A stretch of 64,000 bases of DNA from Candidatus Woesearchaeota archaeon (GTDB lineage: Archaea; Nanobdellota; Nanobdellia; Pacearchaeales; GW2011-AR1). The stretch lies in contig CAZBPV010000003.1 of NCBI GenBank assembly GCA_964493885.1, positions 7,831-71,830 of the forward strand. Reading direction: 5' to 3'. Of the stretch, positions 1 to 8,656 are shown piece by piece (within the stretch, counting starts at the first letter, position 1; the number at the start of each line of letters is the position of its first letter). Below the pieces are notes generated by a model, which was given only the letters and a program-made list of their open reading frames with translations, did no database searches and was not told where the DNA came from. The position numbers and the translations under genes were made by a program.

Positions 1-1
1 A

Positions 2-703
2 AAAGAAGAAGTTTGTGAGATTTTTGAGATAAAGAAAGATGGAAAAGAAGAGACAAAGAAAATATGTGAAGAAGTAAAATCAGAAAAATCCACAAAAGAA
101 GAAGTAAAATCCTATAATAAATTACTTAGAAATATTCTTATTGGATTAGGGATTATTGTAATCCTAATAATAGTTGGAATTTATTTTATTAACTCAGTAA
201 AATACTTTAGTTACAGAGGGATAGAAGGAGAGGTTGTAAAAGAAGGGAACTTAATATTTTATAGAATTCCCATACCCTTTATTTTAAATGGAAAAGAAGT
301 AGAATATAATATCTATATTAGAAATCCTCCAAAAGAATTAGAAAAGGTTCCTTTTGAAGGGGAGATATTTTCTTACAATAATTTAGCAAAGTTTGATGAT
401 AATTCTTATCGTATGATAATTAATGTGACAGGGAATTTTGATTGTGATGGAAAAGAGTTAATTGCTATTGGGAATTTAATTAATCTTAAGGCAATAAGAA
501 TAAAAGTAATGAGAGATGCTAATGCTAGTTGTGATGAACAGGGAAGATATATCTATCTAGATATAAAAGAATCTGATACATCAGGAATAAAACAAACAGG
601 AAAGGCGTGTTATGAGTTGAATATTGCTAAATGTGAGATTCTTCAAGTAACAGAGAAGTTTATGGTTGAGTCTATTGTTAAGTATTTAGAATTAACATCT
701 TAA
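2..703 (+). CDS. Hypothetical membrane-anchored protein, 5'-truncated by the window edge
   Basis: The frame of ORF 413..703 is open back to position 2 (KEEVCEIF...NILIGLGIIVILIIVGIYF...), giving one TM helix followed by a soluble domain. Confidence 0.7.
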   Translation, partial: KEEVCEIFEIKKDGKEETKKICEEVKSEKSTKEEVKSYNKLLRNILIGLGIIVILIIVGIYFINSVKYFSYRGIEGEVVKEGNLIFYRIPIPFILNGKEVEYNIYIRNPPKELEKVPFEGEIFSYNNLAKFDDNSYRMIINVTGNFDCDGKELIAIGNLINLKAIRIKVMRDANASCDEQGRYIYLDIKESDTSGIKQTGKACYELNIAKCEILQVTEKFMVESIVKYLELTS

Positions 704-704
704 A

Positions 705-1184
705 ATGGATTTGCGGCTTCTTTATGCAATTCTTTTAACCATTGCCCCAGTAACAGAGCTTAGAATTGGGCTTCCATTAGCAATAAAATACTCTATTGAT
801 AATAATGTCCCATGGATTTTCTGCTTTTTATTAATTATATTTGTGAATATCTTACTTGTTTTTTTTGTTTTCCTTATATTAGATAGGGTTTATTTATTAT
901 TTAAACACTCAGAAATATATCAGAGATTTGTTTCAGCTTATATTAAAAAATTCAGAACAAGAATAAATAATTTTGAAAAAAAGCATAATCAAATAGGATT
1001 CTATGCTTTAATGCTGTTTGTGGCTGTTCCTTTTCCAGGGACAGGAGCTTGGAGTGGCTGCATACTCTCCTGGATTTTAGGATTGGATAGAAAGAAGAGT
1101 ACAATGGCAATTATTGCTGGTGTGATGATTGCAGGAATTTTAGTATTGCTTGCAAGCCTTGGGGTTATCTCCTTGTTTTCTTAA
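705..1184 (+). CDS. Small multidrug export family membrane protein (COG2426-like)
   Basis: PVTELRIGLP and FVAVPFPGTGAWSG motifs; hydrophobic. Confidence 0.8.
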   Translation: MDLRLLYAILLTIAPVTELRIGLPLAIKYSIDNNVPWIFCFLLIIFVNILLVFFVFLILDRVYLLFKHSEIYQRFVSAYIKKFRTRINNFEKKHNQIGFYALMLFVAVPFPGTGAWSGCILSWILGLDRKKSTMAIIAGVMIAGILVLLASLGVISLFS

Positions 1185-1701
1185 AGATAGATTTTTTATA
1201 CAAAGAGAGGATATCTGTATAAATTGGTATCTCCTTAATTTTGAATAATTTTGTTTCTAAAAACCAGATTAAAACTACAAAAAATGTACTAAGCAGATAC
1301 CAAAAGAGCTTGTGAGTTAAGTTAAATAAAAATGCTCCATAAAAAAGAAGAAGGATTAAAAATAGTATTCTAAGAATATTTGCAAATAATAATAATAATA
1401 AAAAAGAAAAAAGGAGCATATTAGCTCTTTTTTTTAAGCTTATGTTTGGGATAGATAGATTAAGGAAAAATAATAAATAATATGCAGAGCCAGCAACACA
1501 GGCTGGAATTATTTCTATGCTAAAGTCAGTAAATAAAAGAAAATTGCCAGTTAAAGTTACATCTGAGAAGATATTTAAGATAAAATAGAGAGTGTAAATA
1601 GTTAGAGGTGTAAAGATAAAATAAAATATATATAAATTTGGGAGTGCAACAAGCACTATTAGAAGATATCTAATTATTAGGCTTTTATATTCCTCTTTCA
1701 T
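1165..1701 (-). CDS. Archaeosortase/exosortase family protein (short Pacearchaeota-type)
   Basis: Multi-TM; IIPACVAG (catalytic Cys), ANILR (Arg) and a downstream His (THKLFW); adjacent to the S-layer-like gene. Confidence 0.75.
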   Translation of the reverse strand: MKEEYKSLIIRYLLIVLVALPNLYIFYFIFTPLTIYTLYFILNIFSDVTLTGNFLLFTDFSIEIIPACVAGSAYYLLFFLNLSIPNISLKKRANMLLFSFLLLLLFANILRILFLILLLFYGAFLFNLTHKLFWYLLSTFFVVLIWFLETKLFKIKEIPIYTDILSLYKKSIFKKTRR

Positions 1702-1817
1702 AAGAATGAATAGAAAATTACATTTAATTATTTTGAGGTTAGAATAATCCTAAAACAAAATCAAGTAATTCTTTTAAAATTGAATAGTATGCCATATTAA
1801 GAAATAAAGATTAAAAT

Positions 1818-3482
1818 TTATCTTCTAGTAACCTTAAGTGCTACAATAATTATAATTATAATAAGCACTATGTTTACAATTGCAATTCCCCAAAGATATG
1901 CATTATCTCCTAATAATCCAGAGAAGCTAAATCCTTGCTCTATTGTAACTGCAACTGGTTGTGTGATAGATTCTCCATCACTTGATGTTAATACAATATT
2001 AAGATTTTGATTTTCTTTAGCATCACTATCTACTTTTAGTGTTATCATAACATCCTTAGATTCATCTGAATTAAGAGTTAAGCTTGAAGGTTCAATGCTT
2101 ACTAATTCAGCCCAGCTTGAATAGTCAGATGCTGAAATAGTAAAAGTATCCTTTAAATCTGCGTTATTTGTAACTGTAGCCTTAATCTTTAATTCTTGTC
2201 CAGCTTTTCCACCAGATTCAAGACTAGCATAAACTACTGCATTTGGAACTCTGTTGCAATTTCCGCTTACATCTAGTGTTAAGTAGTACTGAGATTCATC
2301 ATTATCAGAATTTTCATAGATATCACCATCTTCATCATAAACTTCTAAATTAATAGAGTATTTTTTTTCCTGAGCATTTGAAGGAATTGTAAACTCAAAG
2401 TTAAGTTTCTTATCATCAAAAGCATCAATATCTCCAACTTCTGCTTTTTGATTTATTCCAAGTTCAGAGTTAGAAATTAATATATAAACATCTTCTTGGT
2501 CATCTTCTCCAATATTAAAGATATCTGCAGTAATCTGGATAGTATTCCCACATAAAGGTGTTCCAGTCACTTTAATATCATTAAGTACAACATAATCATC
2601 TTCAACAATAATAGAAACTTTCTCTGTTTTATAGATGCAAGTTTCTGAATCACTAGCATCATCTACATCTCCAGTAGCTCTAACATATAATATGTAATCC
2701 CCATCTTCAAGTTCATCAAAATCAATATCTAAGTCATCGTATAAATCAAAAGTAAATGTTACTGTTTCCTCTTCTCCATCATTTAAATTAAAATCTTCTT
2801 CTTCTTGCATCTCAATAACCCATTCATCAGTCTCTTCACTCCAAAGCCCCCATTCAACAACTACATTATCTATATCATCATCTCCATCATTTTCAACAAT
2901 AACTTCAACTTCAATCTCATCAGCAGGGTACCACTCATCATCTTGTCCAATGCCATTATTATTTACATTATCTATTTTTAATTTAAGATCTCCAGGATTT
3001 GAGACATTTGTATCTCTTTCAAATCCACAGAAGTTAAATTCATCTGAGCTTGAATTTGAAGATACAACAATTGAAACTGGGACAGTATAATTAGTAGCAA
3101 TTGTGTAAGTTCCTTCAAAAGTTAAATTTCCTGTGTAAGTTCCTGTAGCTTGTGCTGAAGGGATAACAACTTCCAAAGTAATGCTGTCATTGTCTAATCC
3201 TTCTAAATAATCTGGAACTCCAACAAGACTTAGATTTGAAGCAGCTAAAGTATTTGAACCTGAAGTAAGAGCTACTATATAACTAGTAATTGCAGTCATA
3301 TTTTGAGTAGCAGTATTATTAATTACAAAGTTAATGCTAATTGTTGTTCCTTGATTTCCACTTCCACTTAAGGAAGCTGGGTTAAAATTCATTGCCGCAC
3401 TAGCAAATCCAAGGCTAACAAATAGAATTGTTGCAAAGATACATAACAAACCGAATGTTTTTGCTTTCATTTTCATTGTCAC
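1818..3482 (-). CDS. Putative S-layer / cell-surface glycoprotein
   Basis: Signal peptide, acidic beta-rich Ig/CARDB-like segments, N-x-S/T sequons, C-terminal TM helix ending KVTRR. Confidence 0.75.
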   Translation of the reverse strand: MTMKMKAKTFGLLCIFATILFVSLGFASAAMNFNPASLSGSGNQGTTISINFVINNTATQNMTAITSYIVALTSGSNTLAASNLSLVGVPDYLEGLDNDSITLEVVIPSAQATGTYTGNLTFEGTYTIATNYTVPVSIVVSSNSSSDEFNFCGFERDTNVSNPGDLKLKIDNVNNNGIGQDDEWYPADEIEVEVIVENDGDDDIDNVVVEWGLWSEETDEWVIEMQEEEDFNLNDGEEETVTFTFDLYDDLDIDFDELEDGDYILYVRATGDVDDASDSETCIYKTEKVSIIVEDDYVVLNDIKVTGTPLCGNTIQITADIFNIGEDDQEDVYILISNSELGINQKAEVGDIDAFDDKKLNFEFTIPSNAQEKKYSINLEVYDEDGDIYENSDNDESQYYLTLDVSGNCNRVPNAVVYASLESGGKAGQELKIKATVTNNADLKDTFTISASDYSSWAELVSIEPSSLTLNSDESKDVMITLKVDSDAKENQNLNIVLTSSDGESITQPVAVTIEQGFSFSGLLGDNAYLWGIAIVNIVLIIIIIIVALKVTRR

Positions 3483-3586
3483 TTCAGAGTTACTATGGTT
3501 TATAAACTTTTCTGTATTATAAAATATAACTAATTTTTGGTGGTTTCAAAAGATTTATATAGAAAAAAGGATATGTTTTATTATCG

Positions 3587-3979
3587 GTGGAAAAGATGTT
3601 AAAATCACATGAAAATTCTGTTGGTGCATGGGCTTTTCTTATTGGAGTAATTCTTGCATTAGTAATAGGGCTTTTTACTACATTGCTTCCTATCCCAGCA
3701 CTGATTAAATATAGTGCATATATTTACGGGATTCTTGTTTTACTTGGAATAGTTGTTGGAATAATGATAGTAAGAGGAAAAGACTCTCAAACAGTTCTTA
3801 TTGCTGGATTAATAATAGTGATTGTTAGTCAATTTGGAAAACAAAGTGTTAGTGGTTCACTAATTGGAATTGGATTAGATGATATGGTTAGTTCAATATT
3901 TACATCATTGCTAGCCTTATTTGTTCCAGCAACAATAATAATAGCACTAAAAACAGTATTTTCAATTGCTAAGGTTTGA
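3587..3979 (+). CDS. Hypothetical small membrane protein (~4 TM)
   Basis: Hydrophobic ORF starting VGAWAFLIGVILALVIG; TATA-like TTTATA upstream. Confidence 0.7.
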   Translation: MEKMLKSHENSVGAWAFLIGVILALVIGLFTTLLPIPALIKYSAYIYGILVLLGIVVGIMIVRGKDSQTVLIAGLIIVIVSQFGKQSVSGSLIGIGLDDMVSSIFTSLLALFVPATIIIALKTVFSIAKV

Positions 3980-3985
3980 ATCTAA

Positions 3986-4162
3986 TTTATCTATATTAAT
4001 AATAGATGGGTCATCCATATCTAATCTAAGCTAAAACTTATCAGTTTTGCAATAGTTTATCTATATTAATTACACTGCTATCCATATCTAATCTAAGCTA
4101 AAACTTATTAGTTTTGCAATAGTTTATCTATATTAATTACACTGCTATCCATATCTAATCTA
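3986..4162. repeat. 67-bp-period tandem duplication of the dph2 3' end
   Basis: TCCATATCTAATCTA at 4014, 4081 and 4148; TTTATCTATATTAAT at 3986, 4056 and 4123. Confidence 0.9.
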
Positions 4163-4719
4163 GGGCAGGCTGTATTCACCCAAGAACTTAAGCCAAAATT
4201 CTCAAATTCTTGCCTATTTATATTATTAGATAAGAAAAGATAGGATTTCTTATTGCATTTTTTAGCAAACTCAAGAGCTGTTTTTATTTTATTCTGCCCA
4301 GACTTTGTTGATATAATTATTCCTATTTTATTAGAATTAAGAAATTTTAAATAAGCAGCTTTTTGTTTTTTTTCTATAATTTCTACATCAGTCTTTGATA
4401 TTTTATCTAGACTATCTCTATTTAATATAAACACAGGTAATTTTGTTTTATATGCTAAGGAAATTGCATGAAATTTTCCTGAACCAACCAAAAGTATTGC
4501 ATTTGCATTTTCAGGAATATTTGGATTAGAACAGCCTAAAACCTGGATAAACTTAACTATATTGTGTGATTTAAGAATAGTTTTAATTTCTTCTGCTATT
4601 TTCTTAAATTGTATAGAGTAAGCAATAATTAAATTCTTAGGGAGCTGTTTAGATAACTCAAGTATCTTTGATTTATTTACTTTTAAATTAGATTTTGCTT
4701 CAATGTATAGTGTTTTCAT
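4108..4719 (-). CDS. dph2: Diphthamide biosynthesis protein Dph2, short form
   Basis: SIQF, QVLGCS, GSGKFH, STKSGQ and VNTACPRL motifs. Confidence 0.85.
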   Translation of the reverse strand: MKTLYIEAKSNLKVNKSKILELSKQLPKNLIIAYSIQFKKIAEEIKTILKSHNIVKFIQVLGCSNPNIPENANAILLVGSGKFHAISLAYKTKLPVFILNRDSLDKISKTDVEIIEKKQKAAYLKFLNSNKIGIIISTKSGQNKIKTALEFAKKCNKKSYLFLSNNINRQEFENFGLSSWVNTACPRLDMDSSVINIDKLLQN

Positions 4720-4740
4720 AGAAATAATCTAAAATAGTCC

Positions 4741-5136
4741 TTAATAAAACTTGTCTTCAAATTCTTTTTTTGGCTGTTCTGTTGCAACATGCTTTTCAAT
4801 CTTAGCAAAAGAAGGGGTAATAATAACAATATTCTCGTGTCCTGCAATATTTCCTTCAAGAGCATCAACAGTCTTTTTTATTTTAGAAATTGCTCTTTTG
4901 AGTTCAATAGGATCTTTTTGTTTTAAAATCCTAAAGTCAACTATTGCAATAGTATAACCTTCTCTTAAAGAATTAAGAATATTATTAACATCATCGTATT
5001 GTTTAAGAACAAAAACCTTAACAAGAACCTTATTTTCTTTTGCTTCTTTTTCTAAATCAATCTCCAAGTAATCCTCTCCAACAGGCTCACTTTTGAATGT
5101 GTTTGAAAATGCCTCTCTTATCCTTTTAAAAACCAT
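4741..5136 (-). CDS. sepF: Cell division protein SepF
   Basis: DYLEID N-terminus; LREGYTIAIVD...ELKRAISKIKKTVDALEGNIAG...VIITP. Confidence 0.9.
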   Translation of the reverse strand: MVFKRIREAFSNTFKSEPVGEDYLEIDLEKEAKENKVLVKVFVLKQYDDVNNILNSLREGYTIAIVDFRILKQKDPIELKRAISKIKKTVDALEGNIAGHENIVIITPSFAKIEKHVATEQPKKEFEDKFY

Positions 5137-5200
5137 AGTTAATTCAAATGTGAGAGATTTATAAAGATTTCGTAACTTTTTTGTATATTTAGAAGTAAGA

Positions 5201-5524
5201 TTATTTTTTCTCTTGCAACTTAACTATTTGTTCCTGTATCTCTTCTATTTTCTTTGCAAAAGAAGATTCTTGCTTTTCAATAGTCTTTATTCTCATTTCA
5301 AGAATTTTTTTCTTATTCTCTAACTCTTCTTTTACCTTAGATTTTTTTGTTTTAATCATTAATTGCCCGATAATCTTAAACACCTCTTCTCCTGCATTAT
5401 TAATTTCATTTAAAGCTGAGTCAGTCTCAGAAAGTTCTAATTGAAATGCTTGCTTTTGAAAAATAAGATTTTGGATATTTTGCTCCAAAAATTGCAATTC
5501 CTGGATTTTAGCATTAGATTCCAT
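5201..5524 (-). CDS. pfdB: Prefoldin beta subunit
   Basis: Coiled coils flanking VFKIIGQLMIK; conserved position after eL43-rpoP. Confidence 0.9.
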   Translation of the reverse strand: MESNAKIQELQFLEQNIQNLIFQKQAFQLELSETDSALNEINNAGEEVFKIIGQLMIKTKKSKVKEELENKKKILEMRIKTIEKQESSFAKKIEEIQEQIVKLQEKK

Positions 5525-5661
5525 TATTCGGCTTTTATTTTTTTTACCTTATTTCTCGGCTTATAAAAGATTTTGCTTCCACAATACGGGCAAACAAATC
5601 TCTTATCAAGGTTAGTGCTTACTATCTTCTTTTCACACTTAAAACATTTGTATGATGGCAT
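5524..5661 (-). CDS. rpoP: RNA polymerase subunit P (Rpo12), not in ORF track
   Basis: Manual translation MPSYKCFKCEKK...FVCPYCGSKIFYKPR...IKAE (45 aa, C4 Zn ribbon). Confidence 0.92.
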   Translation of the reverse strand: MPSYKCFKCEKKIVSTNLDKRFVCPYCGSKIFYKPRNKVKKIKAE

Positions 5662-5666
5662 TTTAT

Positions 5667-5885
5667 TTATTCTCCTAGATAATAAACATCTGATGCAAAT
5701 TTTTTATTGCATCTGGTACATTTCCAGATTCCTTTTGAAAGTCTTTTAGCAGTTCTTTTGCAAAAAGGGCAGGATTGCTTTTTTCTTTGTTTTATTTCTA
5801 CTTGAACGAGTTTTGCTTTTACTGTTTTTCCGTATCTTGCTCCAAATCTTCCAGAAGATTTTACTTTTTTTGTTTTTGTTGTCAT
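5667..5885 (-). CDS. rpl37ae: 50S ribosomal protein L37ae (eL43)
   Basis: GRFGARYG, CPFC...GIWKCTRC. Confidence 0.95.
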   Translation of the reverse strand: MTTKTKKVKSSGRFGARYGKTVKAKLVQVEIKQRKKQSCPFCKRTAKRLSKGIWKCTRCNKKFASDVYYLGE

Positions 5886-5895
5886 GTTATTAAAA

Positions 5896-5968
5896 TGGGG
5901 CTGCCCGGATTTGAACCGGGGTCGTCAGGTCCCAAACCTGAAAGGCTACCAGGCTACCCCACAGCCCC
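5896..5968 (-). tRNA. tRNA-Pro(TGG)
   Basis: GGGGCTG/CAGCCCC acceptor stem, TCAGG-TTTGGGA-CCTGA anticodon arm, GGTTCAAATCC T-arm; CCA not encoded. Confidence 0.95.
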
Positions 5969-6003
5969 CTAACGAAAAGATTAGCTTTAAAGAATTTATA
6001 AAA

Positions 6004-6711
6004 CTATTTCTTTTGTTCTGGTTTTTTTGATTCTGGCGAGGGTTTAGCAGCAGATGGGACAGGTGTTTCTCCAGGTTTGGCTTCTGCTCCTGGAGCAGCG
6101 GGAGCTGCAGCAGCAGCTTCAGCTGCAGCAGCAGCTGCAGCAGCTTGTTCCTGTTGCATTACCTTTTGCTGGCTAGATTGTAATTCTGCGAAGAATGCGT
6201 CAAGCATTTGTCTTTTTTCTGGAGGAGTTGTTATTGATTCTTCTTTAATTTCTTTATTATATTTACCTTCATCAATTTCCTGCCCAATTTCCTTAGGAGA
6301 TTTGTTTTCTATAATTATTCCTAAACTTGTACAGGTTCCGACTACAGACTTAACAGCAGCCTTTAAATCCCTTGCAAGCAAATTTGACATTTTTGTTTTA
6401 GCTATAGAAATTATTTGCTCAATAGAAGCATTTCCAATACATACTTTTTTTTGTGCTCCAGACCCTTTTTCAAGTTTTAGTTCTTTTTTTAATAATTCTG
6501 ATACTGGAGGTGAAAAAACTTTTACTTCAAATTGTTTTGTTCCAACATCAACATCTAATTCTACTGGAACTTTTAATCCCTTGAAATCTTTAGTAGCATC
6601 ATTAACTTTAGATATAACTTGCCCTATATTTATTCCAGCTGGCCCAAGCTTTTGACTAAGTGCAGGACCTGGCTGCATTGCTCCACCTTCAACTAAAAGT
6701 TTAATCTGCAT
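6004..6711 (-). CDS. rpl11: 50S ribosomal protein L11 (uL11) with long C-terminal extension
   Basis: LLVEGG...PGPALSQKLGPAGINIG, GLKVPV, VVGTCTSLG; Ala/Pro-rich tail. Confidence 0.95.
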   Translation of the reverse strand: MQIKLLVEGGAMQPGPALSQKLGPAGINIGQVISKVNDATKDFKGLKVPVELDVDVGTKQFEVKVFSPPVSELLKKELKLEKGSGAQKKVCIGNASIEQIISIAKTKMSNLLARDLKAAVKSVVGTCTSLGIIIENKSPKEIGQEIDEGKYNKEIKEESITTPPEKRQMLDAFFAELQSSQQKVMQQEQAAAAAAAAEAAAAAPAAPGAEAKPGETPVPSAAKPSPESKKPEQKK

Positions 6712-7159
6712 TTTCTTCTCCTTCTTCTCTTCGGATTACTTTAACATTATCAATTTTTACTGTAACTGGCAATGGTACAACAGCACCAAGCAAGCTAACT
6801 ACTACTTCTTCTTTTTGTTTGTCTATTCTTAAAACTTTTGCTTTTTCTCCTTTAAGAGTAGAACCAATCATTTCAATAATATCTCCTTCTTGGATTGTAA
6901 TTGTGCTTGCTGATGGCTCAATCATCCCTTTAATCTCTTCGTAGGAGATAGTTTTGCCTATAATCCCTTTTATATATGGAAGATTAAAAACTGCTTCTTC
7001 AGCTGAATCTCTATCTTCTGCCTCTAGAATAATATACCCTCTAAGCCCGTGAGGATGTGAAACAGAATAAACATTAAGATTTTTCTTTTCAGATTTTTCA
7101 GCAATCATATCTATGGCTCTTTCTTCTTTATTTGTTGTGACTTTAATAATAAAAATCAT
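6701..7159 (-). CDS. spt5: Transcription elongation factor Spt5 (NusG)
   Basis: NGN domain (LRGYIILEA) plus KOW (GDIIEMIG...KGEKAKV); start placed at MIFIIKV. Confidence 0.93.
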   Translation of the reverse strand: MIFIIKVTTNKEERAIDMIAEKSEKKNLNVYSVSHPHGLRGYIILEAEDRDSAEEAVFNLPYIKGIIGKTISYEEIKGMIEPSASTITIQEGDIIEMIGSTLKGEKAKVLRIDKQKEEVVVSLLGAVVPLPVTVKIDNVKVIRREEGEENAD

Positions 7160-7272
7160 TTTTTGTTTTCCTTTTGCTCTAGCCAAAAATATTTTTTGGC
7201 TTGCTTTGCTCCAGCTAAGATATAACATCTTAGAAAGATATATTTAGTTAAATATTTGGGTTTATAAGGATT

Positions 7273-7343
7273 TCGGAAAAAGAGAGTGTTAGATATTAGG
7301 GAGTTATCATCGTTTTCTCCTCTCCTGTTAAGTTGCGGGAGTT
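7273..7343. repeat. Left target duplication plus two end motifs
   Basis: TCGGAAAAA, then GTGTTAGATATTAGGGAGTT (7286-7305) and CTGTTAAGTTGCGGGAGTT (7325-7343). Confidence 0.8.
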
Positions 7344-8537
7344 TTTTAGTTTTATTGAATTTAATAGCATAGTCTCCCACTTGTTACCTTGAACTCCAAT
7401 ACCACATTTATCTGCGGGTGTTAATCCTTGTCTTGAGTTTTTTCTCACGAAATTATGGAATACCTTAAAGCCATCTTGATAAGTCTGAACTTCTTTTACT
7501 CCTCTCCTTATCTTATGAAATTCTTTTTGTTGTGTGTGATGACTCTCTATTGCGTTATTATTCACTTCTTTTCTATGTCCTTTAATTGATGTAAATTTAA
7601 CCTTTCTCTCATTACCCCAATTTCTAAATGTCTTTCTGCAACCATCTTCATAACCTTTGTAGCCATCTACGATTATCTGAAATGGAATTTTTCCATTCTG
7701 CTTTAATGCCTCTGTAAAAACGTGCTGTGCATCTTTACTTTTTCTACTTCTGCCTGAACATTCAGAGGCAAGAAGAAATTTACTTTTGTTATCCATAACA
7801 TTCCAGACATAATCAAATTCAGTATTCGGATTTTTCTTGTCTTTTCCTCTCTTTGTTAAAATTAAAGTTTCGTCTGCGTTCCAAACTCCTTTAATTTTTG
7901 GTTGGATTGTTTCGCTGTATTTTTCCATTACTTCTGAAAATCTTAAAACCCATTCTCTTATAGTTACGTGAGAAATATTTAAGTTGTAAAATTGCTGGAA
8001 TTGGTGGCTTATATCTCTATAAGATAGCCCTCTATAATAACAATCCATAGCCAAACAGATAAGTTTAGCGTTTCCTTTAAGGTATTTGATTGGCTCTAAA
8101 ACAAATCTTTTATGACAATCCTTACATTCATACCTTTGTTTATCTCCTATTTGAGTTTTCCTTATTCCACTTTTTACTAAGTTTTCAGAATTACAAAAAG
8201 GGCATAACTCTTTTTGTGGCTTATCTACAATTAATTCTATTTCTTTTCTTATTGGGCTTTCTTCTACTTCATAAGCATTTTTCAGCTTTTCAAATAAGAT
8301 TATAGCTTTAATGTGTTTGCAGTATAAACCTTGTCCTTTACATCTTAATTCAAAATCCTTACAATTACAGGAATAACTATCAAAATGAGTAACTTGATAT
8401 TTCTTACTACTATCAAATTGAGATGGAACTAAATAAGTATTTTCGTCTAAACATTCAGGGTTTCCTATTTGTAAAATAGCTTTTGCTCTTTCTTCTCTGT
8501 TGTCTGCGAATTGTTTAATGTCGTTTGTTGTTTCCAT
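7296..8537 (-). CDS. DDE transposase, IS6/IS240-like, with N-terminal SWIM finger and Zn ribbon
   Basis: SCNC...CKH (SWIM), CPFC...CKDC, HTH (GLSYRDIS...SHVTIREWV), WNADET, IIVDG and NNAIESHH (DDE), FHN. Confidence 0.9.
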   Translation of the reverse strand: METTNDIKQFADNREERAKAILQIGNPECLDENTYLVPSQFDSSKKYQVTHFDSYSCNCKDFELRCKGQGLYCKHIKAIILFEKLKNAYEVEESPIRKEIELIVDKPQKELCPFCNSENLVKSGIRKTQIGDKQRYECKDCHKRFVLEPIKYLKGNAKLICLAMDCYYRGLSYRDISHQFQQFYNLNISHVTIREWVLRFSEVMEKYSETIQPKIKGVWNADETLILTKRGKDKKNPNTEFDYVWNVMDNKSKFLLASECSGRSRKSKDAQHVFTEALKQNGKIPFQIIVDGYKGYEDGCRKTFRNWGNERKVKFTSIKGHRKEVNNNAIESHHTQQKEFHKIRRGVKEVQTYQDGFKVFHNFVRKNSRQGLTPADKCGIGVQGNKWETMLLNSIKLKNSRNLTGEEKTMITP

Positions 8538-8550
8538 TTTATATTAGTTA

Positions 8551-8643
8551 ATACCTAATTATATTAAGGAATAGCTAATATATAAACCTTTCGGTTTTAA
8601 GGGAAAGGGTTTATATAGCATTTTTACTCCTTAAATAAGGTAT
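8551..8643. promoter_or_regulatory. Dyad-symmetric back-to-back BRE/TATA promoters with mirrored operator-like sites
   Basis: TATATAAACCTTTC...GAAAGGGTTTATATA flanked by ATACCTAATTATATTAAGGA and TCCTTAAATAAGGTAT. Confidence 0.55.
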
Positions 8644-8656
8644 ATTTGGGGTAAAT

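Noticed and set aside
5775..5972. 65-aa ORF ending GLPGFEPGSSGPKP
   Set aside because: Antisense reading of tRNA-Pro and rpl37ae; ORF 24411..24653 likewise overlaps tRNA-Ser
6095..6145. GCA/GCT trinucleotide run
   Set aside because: Encodes the poly-Ala tail of uL11; not an independent repeat element
6077..6655. Long antisense ORFs (also 13966..14592, 33004..33648, 50708..51220 and others)
   Set aside because: Shadows of well-supported genes on the opposite strand, with Ser/Phe/Ile-rich composition and no motifs
7181..7201. Hairpin AGCCAAAAA-TAT-TTTTTGGCT upstream of spt5, and a nested inverted repeat at 13517-13555 after secE
   Set aside because: Real inverted repeats, but A/T-run dominated; no function can be supported from sequence alone
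7156..7380. 74-aa ORF, and the extended spt5 start at 7228
   Set aside because: The ORF crosses the transposon end and the promoter; Spt5 similarity begins at MIFIIKV (7159)
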